Shown here piece by piece: positions 8,665 through 17,035 of a stretch of DNA of 36,204 nucleotides. Below the pieces are notes generated by a model. It saw only the letters and a list, made by a program, of their open reading frames with translations, was not told the DNA's origin and made no database searches. The stretch lies in contig JBGPAN010000002.1 of the NCBI GenBank assembly GCA_041480785.1, forward strand, positions 1-36,204, read 5' to 3'. The translations under genes and the position numbers were made by a program. Position 1 is the first letter of the stretch, and the number at the start of each line of letters is the position of its first letter. The stretch comes from Bacteroidota bacterium (GTDB taxonomy: Bacteria > Bacteroidota > Ignavibacteria > UBA10030).

Positions 8665-9365
8665 GCTGCGAGCGATATCAACGGTTGCTTCATCTGAATC
8701 GATCAGGTGAGATCTCCAAACGCGAGGCGGATGAACTCCGCCAGCATCTCCGCTTGTGCGAAAAGTGCTCTCTCGAGCTTCAGCGGATCGCAAGAGCTGA
8801 CGGATTCATCGATCGTCTTGCTGCCTTTTCACCGACCCCCAAGAACCCGGAAAAACTCACGGCAGACATTCTGCGGCGCGTGCAGGCAGAGTCCTCTGCG
8901 CCAAAGCCATTGAACCCACTGGACCGTTTTCTTGATTTCTTTCTGCTTCCGTCCGTGCGGTACGCAACCGTAACGATTGTTCTCTTGGTGACCATGACAT
9001 TCATGATTCAACTGCTGGTGATGATGAACAACATCTCCGATCTTGAACAGCGCATGGCATCCCCTGCCCGACATGGCGCTGCCGAGGCGACCTATAGGAT
9101 GCAGTCAAAGACGCTCCAGGAGGTCGCAATATCAGAACGGGGCAAGTCCCTCAAGGAAAATGTTTCCCTCACTGTGACCAACGACCGTATTGATGTCTCG
9201 GCGAAGGAGGTGGATACATTCCTGTCTGACTATGACCTGAGAAACCTTTCAGCAACGCTCGGAGCATCCGCCCTGGGTATTGACCAGAAGACGCTTGAGA
9301 AAATTGTCAACGAAGTTAAGGCCACAGCTGAACGATCGTTCCGTCTTGACGGTAAAGGAGCTTAA
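8661..9365 (+). CDS. Anti-sigma factor, zinc-finger (ZAS / zf-HC2) type, single-pass membrane protein
   Basis: The ATG overlaps the sigma stop (ATGA at 8661-8664). N-terminal C3-x25-H29-x3-C-x2-C (MSCERY...RQHLRLCEKC). One TM helix (YATVTIVLLVTMTFMIQLLVMM) followed by an extracytoplasmic tail of about 110 aa. Confidence 0.8.
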   Translation: MSCERYQRLLHLNRSGEISKREADELRQHLRLCEKCSLELQRIARADGFIDRLAAFSPTPKNPEKLTADILRRVQAESSAPKPLNPLDRFLDFFLLPSVRYATVTIVLLVTMTFMIQLLVMMNNISDLEQRMASPARHGAAEATYRMQSKTLQEVAISERGKSLKENVSLTVTNDRIDVSAKEVDTFLSDYDLRNLSATLGASALGIDQKTLEKIVNEVKATAERSFRLDGKGA

Positions 9366-9368
9366 CCT

Positions 9369-10427
9369 ATGCGACGCATCAGCGTTTCATCGAGTCTCAC
9401 TCTGTGTTTCCTTAGCACCCTGTTGCTGAGCGGATGCCTCGACATCACTTCGACCAGCAAGGTGAACAGCAATGGGAGTATCGTTCGTACGATTGCATTC
9501 ACGGGCGACTCCACCGACGTTTATGCGGGGAAGTTCCCTCTCCGGCTCGATTCATCGTGGAGCAAAAACATTACAAAGTCAAAGGAGAAGGATAGAAACT
9601 ACACATTGACAGCCAGCAGGACGTTTCGAGATGTTGAAGAGATGAACGGGGTCCTTGGAGGAACATTCAGCTGGACACTTCAATACCGCTTTGAATTTGA
9701 CAAGTCCTTCCAGTGGTTCTTCACTATCTACCGATATCGGGAGACGAACCTCCCATTTGCGCAATACACGTCTATTCCGCTGACGGAGTTTCTTTCAAGC
9801 CAGGAGATTGAGTTGGTCCTCCAGGACACGCTTGATGACCCGACGAGACACCTTATGTCGCGGGGAGACAGTCTTGCAATGGAGAGCCTCATCCCTCGTT
9901 TGCAAGAGTGGGAGTGGCGGAACCGATTTGAGCCCGTCTTCTCGGCGTTCCTTGACGGAGTGAAAACGCTCAACAATCCCTCGCTGACAACCGGCATGGT
10001 AGAGCCGCTGAAGGATTCGCTCTACGGGAAGTCGGCGAAAGCTATTGATAAGGGAAAGATTGATTCGCTTCGCATCATCTTCAAGGCCGTGATGAGGAAC
10101 CCGCTTGTTGACAAGGCCTGGCAGGCGAATGCGCCTGCGATTGAAGAGGTAAAACGCAGGTTTGCGTTCGAGCATCAGACCAATTCCCATAAATATTTCA
10201 CGAACGTTGTCATGCCGGGGTTGATCACGGGATCGAACGCGGGCAAGATAGAAGGGAATATGGCAACCTGGCAGGATTTCAGAGAGCGTGTCCATCATCT
10301 CGAATATACGATGTGGGTAGAGTCGCGGCAGGTGAACTGGTGGGCGGTGATCATTGCCCTGGCGGTGGTTGTATCGTTGATGACGATGTTGATTCTCTCC
10401 GTCCTGCGCAGGAGACATCAGGTGTAA
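9369..10427 (+). CDS. Lipoprotein with additional C-terminal TM helix, function unknown
   Basis: Starts 3 nt after the anti-sigma stop. Lipobox LLLSG|C. C-terminal WWAVIIALAVVVSLMTMLILSVL followed by RRRHQV. No catalytic motif recognised. Confidence 0.7.
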   Translation: MRRISVSSSLTLCFLSTLLLSGCLDITSTSKVNSNGSIVRTIAFTGDSTDVYAGKFPLRLDSSWSKNITKSKEKDRNYTLTASRTFRDVEEMNGVLGGTFSWTLQYRFEFDKSFQWFFTIYRYRETNLPFAQYTSIPLTEFLSSQEIELVLQDTLDDPTRHLMSRGDSLAMESLIPRLQEWEWRNRFEPVFSAFLDGVKTLNNPSLTTGMVEPLKDSLYGKSAKAIDKGKIDSLRIIFKAVMRNPLVDKAWQANAPAIEEVKRRFAFEHQTNSHKYFTNVVMPGLITGSNAGKIEGNMATWQDFRERVHHLEYTMWVESRQVNWWAVIIALAVVVSLMTMLILSVLRRRHQV

Positions 10428-10466
10428 AGCGTTCAGAGGATCGGAGTACATGACAAGGGAGAAATT

Positions 10467-11156
10467 ATGAACGATCTTATCACCCGATTTCGATGCAAAG
10501 GCCTGGGTTTTTGGTGCGCGGTGATCCTTTTCGCCGTGGCAGTCGCCCTCTCTTTGTGCGGCGTTACACAGCCTGTGCGGATCATCGACCGGGGAACAAC
10601 ACAGGCGGCCGTGTCCCTCGGCGGCCCCCTCATCCCGTTCGGAGGCATGACTGTTCCGACTCCATATCTGAACCTCGGTCTCATTCACGGCTACAAAGAG
10701 AACCTCACGCTCACCGGCAACGTCCACGCCACGATGGCCGTGTTCAAGAATGCAGCGTTTGACGTCGGCGCAGCGACGCGGCTTGCGCATGAAAGCAACG
10801 GTTGGCCCGAGTTGACAGCCAAAGGTCAACTTTATCTCTTCTCCGATCTGGAAAGACTGGACGCCGTGCGCGTCTTTCCCATGGTGAACGTCAACGCAAG
10901 TTATCTTCTGGGGCATTCGACGTTGCTCTATGCGGGCGCCGAACAGTTGATCCAATTCAACAAGCCGCAGTACTTCTTCACTCCATTTGCGGGGACACAG
11001 CTGAGTCTTTCCAACCGCTCAGCACTGCAGATCGAACTCAAATGGATGGCAGCAAACGCTAACGCTGCACACGGCATCTTCCGGGGAACAGGCTCCATTG
11101 GCGACCACGGTGACATTGGACTCTTTTTCGGATATACATACGGACTCTCCCGATGA
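10467..11156 (+). CDS. Envelope protein of unknown function, possibly a small beta-barrel
   Basis: 229-aa ORF with N-terminal hydrophobic segment FWCAVILFAVAVALSL. The rest shows an alternating hydrophobic/polar pattern and an aromatic-rich C-terminus (GLFFGYTYGLSR). The stop overlaps the next gene's ATG (ATGA at 11153-11156). Confidence 0.6.
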   Translation: MNDLITRFRCKGLGFWCAVILFAVAVALSLCGVTQPVRIIDRGTTQAAVSLGGPLIPFGGMTVPTPYLNLGLIHGYKENLTLTGNVHATMAVFKNAAFDVGAATRLAHESNGWPELTAKGQLYLFSDLERLDAVRVFPMVNVNASYLLGHSTLLYAGAEQLIQFNKPQYFFTPFAGTQLSLSNRSALQIELKWMAANANAAHGIFRGTGSIGDHGDIGLFFGYTYGLSR

Positions 11157-11986
11157 AAACCCTACAGACGATGCTCCTCGTGACTGTGAGTCTTTCTTTC
11201 ACTTCATGCGACCTTGACAGTCTGCTCTTCCATCAGACGAGCCTCATATCCTATTCCCTCAGCACAGCCGTCATTCCCGAATCCAAACGGGAGTTTGTTA
11301 CAATGACGTCACAAGGGAAAAAGATCTATGGCTATTTTATCAAGTCCAGCGGATCTTCTCCTTCCATCACGGTCCTGTATTTCCATGGCAACTACGATCA
11401 TCTTCAATACTACTGGGACCGAGCCGAGCTGCTCTACAAGACCGGCTGCAACGTCTTCATATTCGATTACCAGGGTTTTGGAATGAGTGAAGGTACACCG
11501 TCCGAATCGGCCCTCTACGCGGACAGCCGCGCGGCGTTGCAGTATGTTCTCTCACGCAGCGATGTTTCCGCCACCCGGCTGGTATTCTACGGGTACTCCC
11601 TCGGCTGCGCGGGAGCGATCGATGTGGCTGCCTACACCTTCACCCCTTTTTGCCTTCTTCTCGAGTCTCCGTACGCGTCAACATCCGTGCTTCTTCAAAG
11701 CGGCGTGCTTCTCGATATTCCCGGTTCATACATCATGAAGGGCGAGTACAACAACGCCGAGAAGATCCAAATGGTCCACACGCCCCTTCTTCTGATGCAC
11801 GGCGTGGATGACAGGTTCATTGACATCGAGAAGAACGGAGCTGTCGTCTTCAACAACGCGAATCCGCCGAAACAGTTCATTCGCGTTCCTGGCGCCGACC
11901 ACGAGGGCGTGCCGGGAGCAATGGGCGAAAGCAACTATGTGTTTACGGTTGCATCGTTTATTCTGCAATACACTCCCGCGAAATAG
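11153..11986 (+). CDS. Alpha/beta-fold serine hydrolase, probable lipoprotein
   Basis: Signal peptide with lipobox-like SFTS|C. Nucleophile elbow GYSLG. Acid residue in LLMHGVDDRFI. Histidine in PGADHEG. Confidence 0.8.
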   Translation: MKTLQTMLLVTVSLSFTSCDLDSLLFHQTSLISYSLSTAVIPESKREFVTMTSQGKKIYGYFIKSSGSSPSITVLYFHGNYDHLQYYWDRAELLYKTGCNVFIFDYQGFGMSEGTPSESALYADSRAALQYVLSRSDVSATRLVFYGYSLGCAGAIDVAAYTFTPFCLLLESPYASTSVLLQSGVLLDIPGSYIMKGEYNNAEKIQMVHTPLLLMHGVDDRFIDIEKNGAVVFNNANPPKQFIRVPGADHEGVPGAMGESNYVFTVASFILQYTPAK

Positions 11987-12101
11987 ACCCCGGCTTCTTA
12001 TCTTGCTTGTTTGACGAGGAATCTTCATATTCTCTTCGTCGTTGTTCGCCTTCTTGCCCGCCAATTCGGCACAAACCCCAGGTGCTCCCTCGGAGGATGC
12101 T

Positions 12102-14327
12102 ATGAGATCGAGTTGCGTGATTGTTGTGCTGATCTTCTGTTCACAACTCGCGTTTGCACAGAATCAGAAGACCGATTGGGAGTCACTGCTTCGGAGCATT
12201 CCCTCGCCGGAACGCCAGCGTGAGTATATGCAACGTCTCTCGGCGCGGCCCCACCATGTCGGATCGGCGTACGACAAGGATAACGCACAGTGGCTGTTGT
12301 CTACATTCAAGCAATGGGGGCTGAACGCACGCATCGAATCGTTTGATGTCCTTCTCCCCACCCCGAAAGAACGCGCTGTCGAGCTCATCGAGCCGAAGAA
12401 GTTCACCGCGACGATGGAAGAACCGAGAGTCATCGTCGATATCACTTCCGGACAACGGGCCGATCAATTGCCAACCTACAACGCTTATTCCATTGATGGC
12501 GATGTTGCCGCGCCTCTCGTTTACGTAAACTACGGAATTCCAGAAGACTACGAGCAGCTCGAACGGATGGGCATTTCAGTCAAGGGATGTATTGTTATTG
12601 CCCGATATGGGGGGGCTTGGCGCGGGATCAAGCCAAAGGTCGCAGCGGAAAAGGGGGCTCTTGGCTGCCTGATCTATTCCGATCCGAAGGAAGATGGCTA
12701 CTACCATGGAGATGTTTTCCCCGAAGGTCCTTGGCGGCCGAAAGATGGAGTACAACGCGGCAGCGTTATGGATATGCCGATCTATCCGGGAGACCCTCTG
12801 ACGCCAGGCGTTGGCGCAACGGCGGACGCAAAAAGAATCCCGCTCAAAGAAGCAAAAACGATTACGAGGATTCCCGTTCTCCCTATTTCTTATGCCAACG
12901 CGGAACCGCTGCTCGCCGAACTGACTGGACCCGTGGCCCCCGAGATCTGGCGGGGAGCATTACCCATAACATACAAGATCGGTCCTGGTCCTGCAAACGT
13001 GCACCTCAAGATCAAATCTAACTGGGATACCAAGACGATTCGCGATGTCATTGTCACGATCCCGGGTTCTGTATTTCCTGATGAATGGGTCATTCGCGGT
13101 AACCATCACGATGCCTGGGTCAATGGCGCCGAAGACCCGATTTCGGGACTTGTCGCAGAGATGGAAGAGCTCCGGGCGCTGTCCGAGCTGCTTAAAAAGG
13201 GGTGGAAACCCAAACGAACCATTGTTTATTGCGCATGGGATGGAGAGGAAGAAGGATTGCTCGGCTCGACAGAGTGGGCAGAGACCCACGCAGCCGAGTT
13301 GAAGCAGAAAGCTGTCATCTATATCAATTCTGACGCCAACGGCAGGGGTTTCCTTGGGGTTTCAGGGTCACATTCACTCGAAAGTTTCATTAATGGGGTC
13401 GCCCGTGATATCGAAGATCCCGAAAAGAAGATCTCCGTTTGGAAACGAAGTCAGCTCCAACGGATAAAGTCGGCGAATTCGCCGGAAGACCGGAACGAAG
13501 CCAGGACGCGCCCGGATCTTCACATTGGTGCGCTAGGATCGGGATCCGACTATACGGCGTTCCTCGATTACCTTGGCGTCGCATCGCTCGACCTGGGATA
13601 TGGCGGCGAGGATGGCGGAGGCATCTATCACTCTATCTATGATGATTTCTACTGGTTTACCCATTTCGCCGACACGAATTTCGCGTATGGCCGCGCACTC
13701 TCACAAACCGCCGGAACGGCCGTGCTCCGTTTTGCGGATGCGGACATTCTCCCGTTTGAATTCACCAACCTCAACGAGACGATCCGTCACTATGTGGACG
13801 ATGTAAAGCGGCTGCTCAAGACGATGCAGAATCAGATCAAGGAGCGAAACCGGGAAATCACAGAAGGGGTTTTCAGCGCAACCGACGATCCGAAACATCC
13901 TCTCCTTCCTCCTGCAACGGAAGAAGAGCCACCGTACCTGAACTTTGCTCCGCTCGACAATGCCGTGGACGCACTAAGCCGAAGTGCCGACCACTATGAC
14001 AAGGCGGCGAAGAGAATCCTTCACGCTTTCATACCTCCTTCGCCAGAAGCGCTGAAGGCGATCAATGGCAAGTTGATGCTCACCGAACGCACATTGACAC
14101 ATACCGACGGCCTTCCGGGTCGGCCCTGGTTCAAGCACTTGATCTACGCACCGGGAGCGTACACCGGCTACGGCGTCAAGACAATTCCGGGTGTGCGGGA
14201 AGCGATCGAGTTGAAGCGTTGGAAAGAGGCGGAAACAGAAATTGTCCGCGTGGCAGCCGCTCTTCAGCTCGAGGCAAATGTTATAGAGTCTACAGCCCAA
14301 GATCTTGACGCACAGCCAACAAAATAG
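12102..14327 (+). CDS. M28B metallopeptidase, glutamate carboxypeptidase II (PSMA/NAALADase) / transferrin-receptor-like
   Basis: The ATG at 12102 is preceded by GGAGGA. Signal peptide MRSSCVIVVLIFCSQLAFAQ. Co-catalytic zinc blocks line up with GCPII: GNHHDAWVNGAEDPISG, AWDGEEEGLLGSTEW, YINSDANG, GSGSDYTAFLDYLG, YHSIYD. PA-domain-like insert and a C-terminal helical dimerisation-like region. Confidence 0.9.
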   Translation: MRSSCVIVVLIFCSQLAFAQNQKTDWESLLRSIPSPERQREYMQRLSARPHHVGSAYDKDNAQWLLSTFKQWGLNARIESFDVLLPTPKERAVELIEPKKFTATMEEPRVIVDITSGQRADQLPTYNAYSIDGDVAAPLVYVNYGIPEDYEQLERMGISVKGCIVIARYGGAWRGIKPKVAAEKGALGCLIYSDPKEDGYYHGDVFPEGPWRPKDGVQRGSVMDMPIYPGDPLTPGVGATADAKRIPLKEAKTITRIPVLPISYANAEPLLAELTGPVAPEIWRGALPITYKIGPGPANVHLKIKSNWDTKTIRDVIVTIPGSVFPDEWVIRGNHHDAWVNGAEDPISGLVAEMEELRALSELLKKGWKPKRTIVYCAWDGEEEGLLGSTEWAETHAAELKQKAVIYINSDANGRGFLGVSGSHSLESFINGVARDIEDPEKKISVWKRSQLQRIKSANSPEDRNEARTRPDLHIGALGSGSDYTAFLDYLGVASLDLGYGGEDGGGIYHSIYDDFYWFTHFADTNFAYGRALSQTAGTAVLRFADADILPFEFTNLNETIRHYVDDVKRLLKTMQNQIKERNREITEGVFSATDDPKHPLLPPATEEEPPYLNFAPLDNAVDALSRSADHYDKAAKRILHAFIPPSPEALKAINGKLMLTERTLTHTDGLPGRPWFKHLIYAPGAYTGYGVKTIPGVREAIELKRWKEAETEIVRVAAALQLEANVIESTAQDLDAQPTK

Positions 14328-14338
14328 GTTGATCCTGC

Positions 14339-14938
14339 ATGCCCATCGAGACTATTCAACATTGGATTGACCTCTACGGATATGCCGCCTTGTTTTTCGG
14401 CCTTGTGTTCGGCATTATCGGTCTACCGGTTCCCGATGAATCGATGCTCGCCCTGTTTGGATACTTGGTGTCCACGGGGCGATTTCATTTCGCGCCTACG
14501 TACGCCATTGCCAGTCTGGGAAGTCTGTCAGGGATCACGCTCAGCTATTGGATTGGCCGATCAGGTGGTTATCGACTGATCCACAAGTACGGTCCGCGCT
14601 TTCACCTCACAGAGGAGCGCCTGGAAAAAGTCCATGGATGGTTTGATCGGATTGGGAAGTGGACATTAACGGTGGGGTATTTCATTCCCGGCGTGAGACA
14701 TTTTACGGCGCTCGTGGCAGGAGCTTCAGAACTCCAGTATCCGGTGTTTGCCGCATTTGCCTACACAGGCGGGTTGATCTGGTCATTGACGTTCATCTCT
14801 CTCGGCTACTATCTTGGCGAGACATGGTCTCAGGATTTCCACATTGGCTACAGGCTTCCGCTCGCGATTGGCGCCGCAGTGTTGTTCGCGGGCATTGCAC
14901 TCTTCTTCTATATGAAGCGAAAAAGATCCCGATCGTAA
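14339..14938 (+). CDS. DedA/SNARE-associated family inner-membrane protein
   Basis: The N-terminus YGYAALFFGLVFGIIGLPVPDESML and WIGRSGGYRLIHKYG are typical DedA blocks. Several TM helices. Confidence 0.85.
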   Translation: MPIETIQHWIDLYGYAALFFGLVFGIIGLPVPDESMLALFGYLVSTGRFHFAPTYAIASLGSLSGITLSYWIGRSGGYRLIHKYGPRFHLTEERLEKVHGWFDRIGKWTLTVGYFIPGVRHFTALVAGASELQYPVFAAFAYTGGLIWSLTFISLGYYLGETWSQDFHIGYRLPLAIGAAVLFAGIALFFYMKRKRSRS

Positions 14939-14961
14939 CCGTATTCATTCAAGGAGGTCTC

Positions 14962-16266
14962 ATGAAAACCCCTATGACTGTCGTCATCCTGTTGGCTGCC
15001 CTCCAGTTCGGCATGGCACAGATACAGACCACGGTTATAAAATGCGGAAGGCTCATCGACGGCAAATCCGATACTCCCATGGAAAACGTTGTAGTCTTGA
15101 TCGAAGGAAACAAGATCAAGGAGGTCGGAAAGAACGTCAAGATCCCTGCGAATGCGAAGATCATCGACCTCTCTGCAGCGACAGTGCTCCCCGGGCTCAT
15201 CGATGCGCACACACATGTTCTGCTGCAGGGAGACATTACCTCAGAAGATTATGACGTCCAGCTTCTGAAGCAATCTATTGCATACCGGGCATTGCGGGGA
15301 TCGCTCTCGTGCAAGACTGCGCTTCTCAATGGATTCACGGCACTGCGCGATCTCGGGACCGAGGGGGCCATGTATGCTGACGTCGATTTGAAGAAAGCGA
15401 TCAACCGCGGCATCATCGACGGACCAAGGCTCTTTGTCTCTGGACGGGCGATCAATTCCACGGGGCACTATTCCCTTTCGAACCGGGAGTACACATGGGA
15501 ATGGAAGGTCCCGAAAGGATTGATTGAAATTACAGGACCGGTCGAAGCGAGGCGTGCCGTGCGGGAAGAGCTTTCGTACGGTGCTGACTGGGTCAAAGTG
15601 TATGTCGATCGAAGTTATTACCGTCTAGCTGACGGCTCATTCCGCAGCCTGCAGAATTTTACTGCAGAGGAAGTCAACGCTCTGGGCGATGAGACTGCCA
15701 TGCATCACAAAAAGATGTCGGCTCATGCTATGACGCGGGACGGAATCATCCCAGCGATCAAAGCAGGCGCCGCCTCCATTGAGCACGGATTCGGCATGGA
15801 CGATGAATGCATCAAGCTGATGGTTGAGAAGGGAATCTACTGGTGTCCGACGATTTATGTGAATGTGTGGGTGGCCGAGGGCCGCGCCGCCACCGGCAGC
15901 ACCATCAACAAAGTATTTAGCGAGACTCTTCCTGCGACATTCAACAAGGCGCTCAAGGCCGGTGTGAAGATCGCTTTCGGTACCGATGCAGGCGGTTTTG
16001 ATTGGACAGAAAACGAGGCAAAAGAATTCTCTTACATGGTGAAATGGGGAATGACACCGATGCAGGCGATCAAGGCTGCAACCACCGTGGCGGCAGAACT
16101 GCTAGACATGACCGGCAAGATCGGCGAAGTCACCCCCGGGGCATTTGCTGACATCGTCGCCGCGAAGGAAGATCCGCTGAAGAACATCAGCGCTCTCGAG
16201 CGGATTGGCTTCGTGATGAAGGATGGGAAGGTGTATAAGGATGTGATTGGGGGGAACGCACGATAG
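14962..16266 (+). CDS. Secreted metal-dependent amidohydrolase (COG1228-type, imidazolonepropionase/Xaa-Pro dipeptidase-like)
   Basis: The ATG at 14962 is preceded by AAGGAGG. Sec signal MKTPMTVVILLAALQFGMAQ. Metal ligand blocks PGLIDAHTHV, WVKVYVD, SAHAM, SIEHG, AFGTDAG. The upstream in-frame extension to 14659 overlaps dedA and is discounted. Confidence 0.85.
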   Translation: MKTPMTVVILLAALQFGMAQIQTTVIKCGRLIDGKSDTPMENVVVLIEGNKIKEVGKNVKIPANAKIIDLSAATVLPGLIDAHTHVLLQGDITSEDYDVQLLKQSIAYRALRGSLSCKTALLNGFTALRDLGTEGAMYADVDLKKAINRGIIDGPRLFVSGRAINSTGHYSLSNREYTWEWKVPKGLIEITGPVEARRAVREELSYGADWVKVYVDRSYYRLADGSFRSLQNFTAEEVNALGDETAMHHKKMSAHAMTRDGIIPAIKAGAASIEHGFGMDDECIKLMVEKGIYWCPTIYVNVWVAEGRAATGSTINKVFSETLPATFNKALKAGVKIAFGTDAGGFDWTENEAKEFSYMVKWGMTPMQAIKAATTVAAELLDMTGKIGEVTPGAFADIVAAKEDPLKNISALERIGFVMKDGKVYKDVIGGNAR

Positions 16267-16272
16267 AACATA

Positions 16273-16355
16273 GAAGTCAGAATTCAGGAGCCAGAAGAAA
16301 AACGTGTGCGCAAGATGCCCCAGGTTCTGAATTCTGGATTCTGACTTCTGACTTC
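16273..16355. repeat. Intergenic cluster of inverted and tandem short repeats around two EcoRI sites
   Basis: CAGAATTCAG (16278-16287) is the perfect reverse complement of CTGAATTCTG (16327-16336). GAAGTCAGAAT (16273-16283) is the reverse complement of ATTCTGACTTC (16338-16348). CTGACTT is tandemly duplicated (16341-16354). The two stems are mutually exclusive. Confidence 0.5.
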
Positions 16356-16371
16356 CCGATACGATAACTGA

Positions 16372-17010
16372 ATGATCAGAAACATCATCTTCGACCTCGA
16401 CGGAACGCTTGTCGATTCGAAACGCGACATTGCTGCCGCACAACATTGGGTGCTTCGCCAACTGGGGGTTCATTCGTACAAACCAGAAGAGTTGTATCCC
16501 CTCATTGGAAAACCGCTGTCCGAGACCTTCGCAATGCTTCTTCCGGCCGATCTTCACGAGCGGATACCTGAAGCGACTGAACTCTATAAGACCTACTACC
16601 CACCGCGGGCACTCGAAACCACCACGCTGTTCCCCGGTGTTCGGGAGACCATTGAAACCTTGAGGGCAAAGGGAATTCGCCTCGCAACCGCGACGACCAA
16701 GCTGAGCGCCGGTACGCGTCGTGTGCTCACACATTTTGGGATAGCAGAACACTTTGACCAGATCCAGGGAAGCGACAACATTCCGTTCAAACCCAACCCA
16801 TTCATCATCACCAAAATTCTGGAAGATCAATCATGGGAAAAGAGTGAGAGCCTGATGGTGGGGGACACCGATAACGATATCATGGCCGGCAAGCGGGCAA
16901 GCATCCCGACATGCGGTGTCACCTATGGATCACTCAACAAAGAACAGATGGAACAACTCAATCCGGATATCATCATTCATTCACTGCCGGAATTGCTCCT
17001 TCACCTCTGA
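16372..17010 (+). CDS. HAD-superfamily phosphatase (phosphoglycolate phosphatase-like)
   Basis: Motif I IIFDLDGTLVDS, motif II ATATTK, motif IV MVGDTDNDIMAG. 212 aa. Confidence 0.85.
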   Translation: MIRNIIFDLDGTLVDSKRDIAAAQHWVLRQLGVHSYKPEELYPLIGKPLSETFAMLLPADLHERIPEATELYKTYYPPRALETTTLFPGVRETIETLRAKGIRLATATTKLSAGTRRVLTHFGIAEHFDQIQGSDNIPFKPNPFIITKILEDQSWEKSESLMVGDTDNDIMAGKRASIPTCGVTYGSLNKEQMEQLNPDIIIHSLPELLLHL

Positions 17011-17035
17011 GAAGAGCAAAGAGAGATAACCGATC

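Noticed and set aside
9795-10955. 386-aa ORF on the - strand spanning two + strand genes and their spacer.
   Set aside because: It lies antisense to the motif-supported lipoprotein and barrel genes. It is His/Arg/Pro-rich and low-complexity, with no motif and no ribosome-binding site. This is a typical shadow ORF.
14659-14961. In-frame N-terminal extensions in the ORF track (14659 for the amidohydrolase; also 30840, 31958, 12042, 34873, 34734, 3833 and 22287).
   Set aside because: The extensions overlap upstream genes or lack ribosome-binding sites. The internal ATGs are preceded by AGGAGG-like sites and immediately give signal peptides or the expected N-terminal motifs.
16102-16830. 242-aa - strand ORF overlapping the end of the amidohydrolase, the spacer and most of the HAD gene.
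   Set aside because: Both overlapped + strand genes carry clear catalytic motifs (DxDGT, GDTDND, GTDAG). The antisense product has none.
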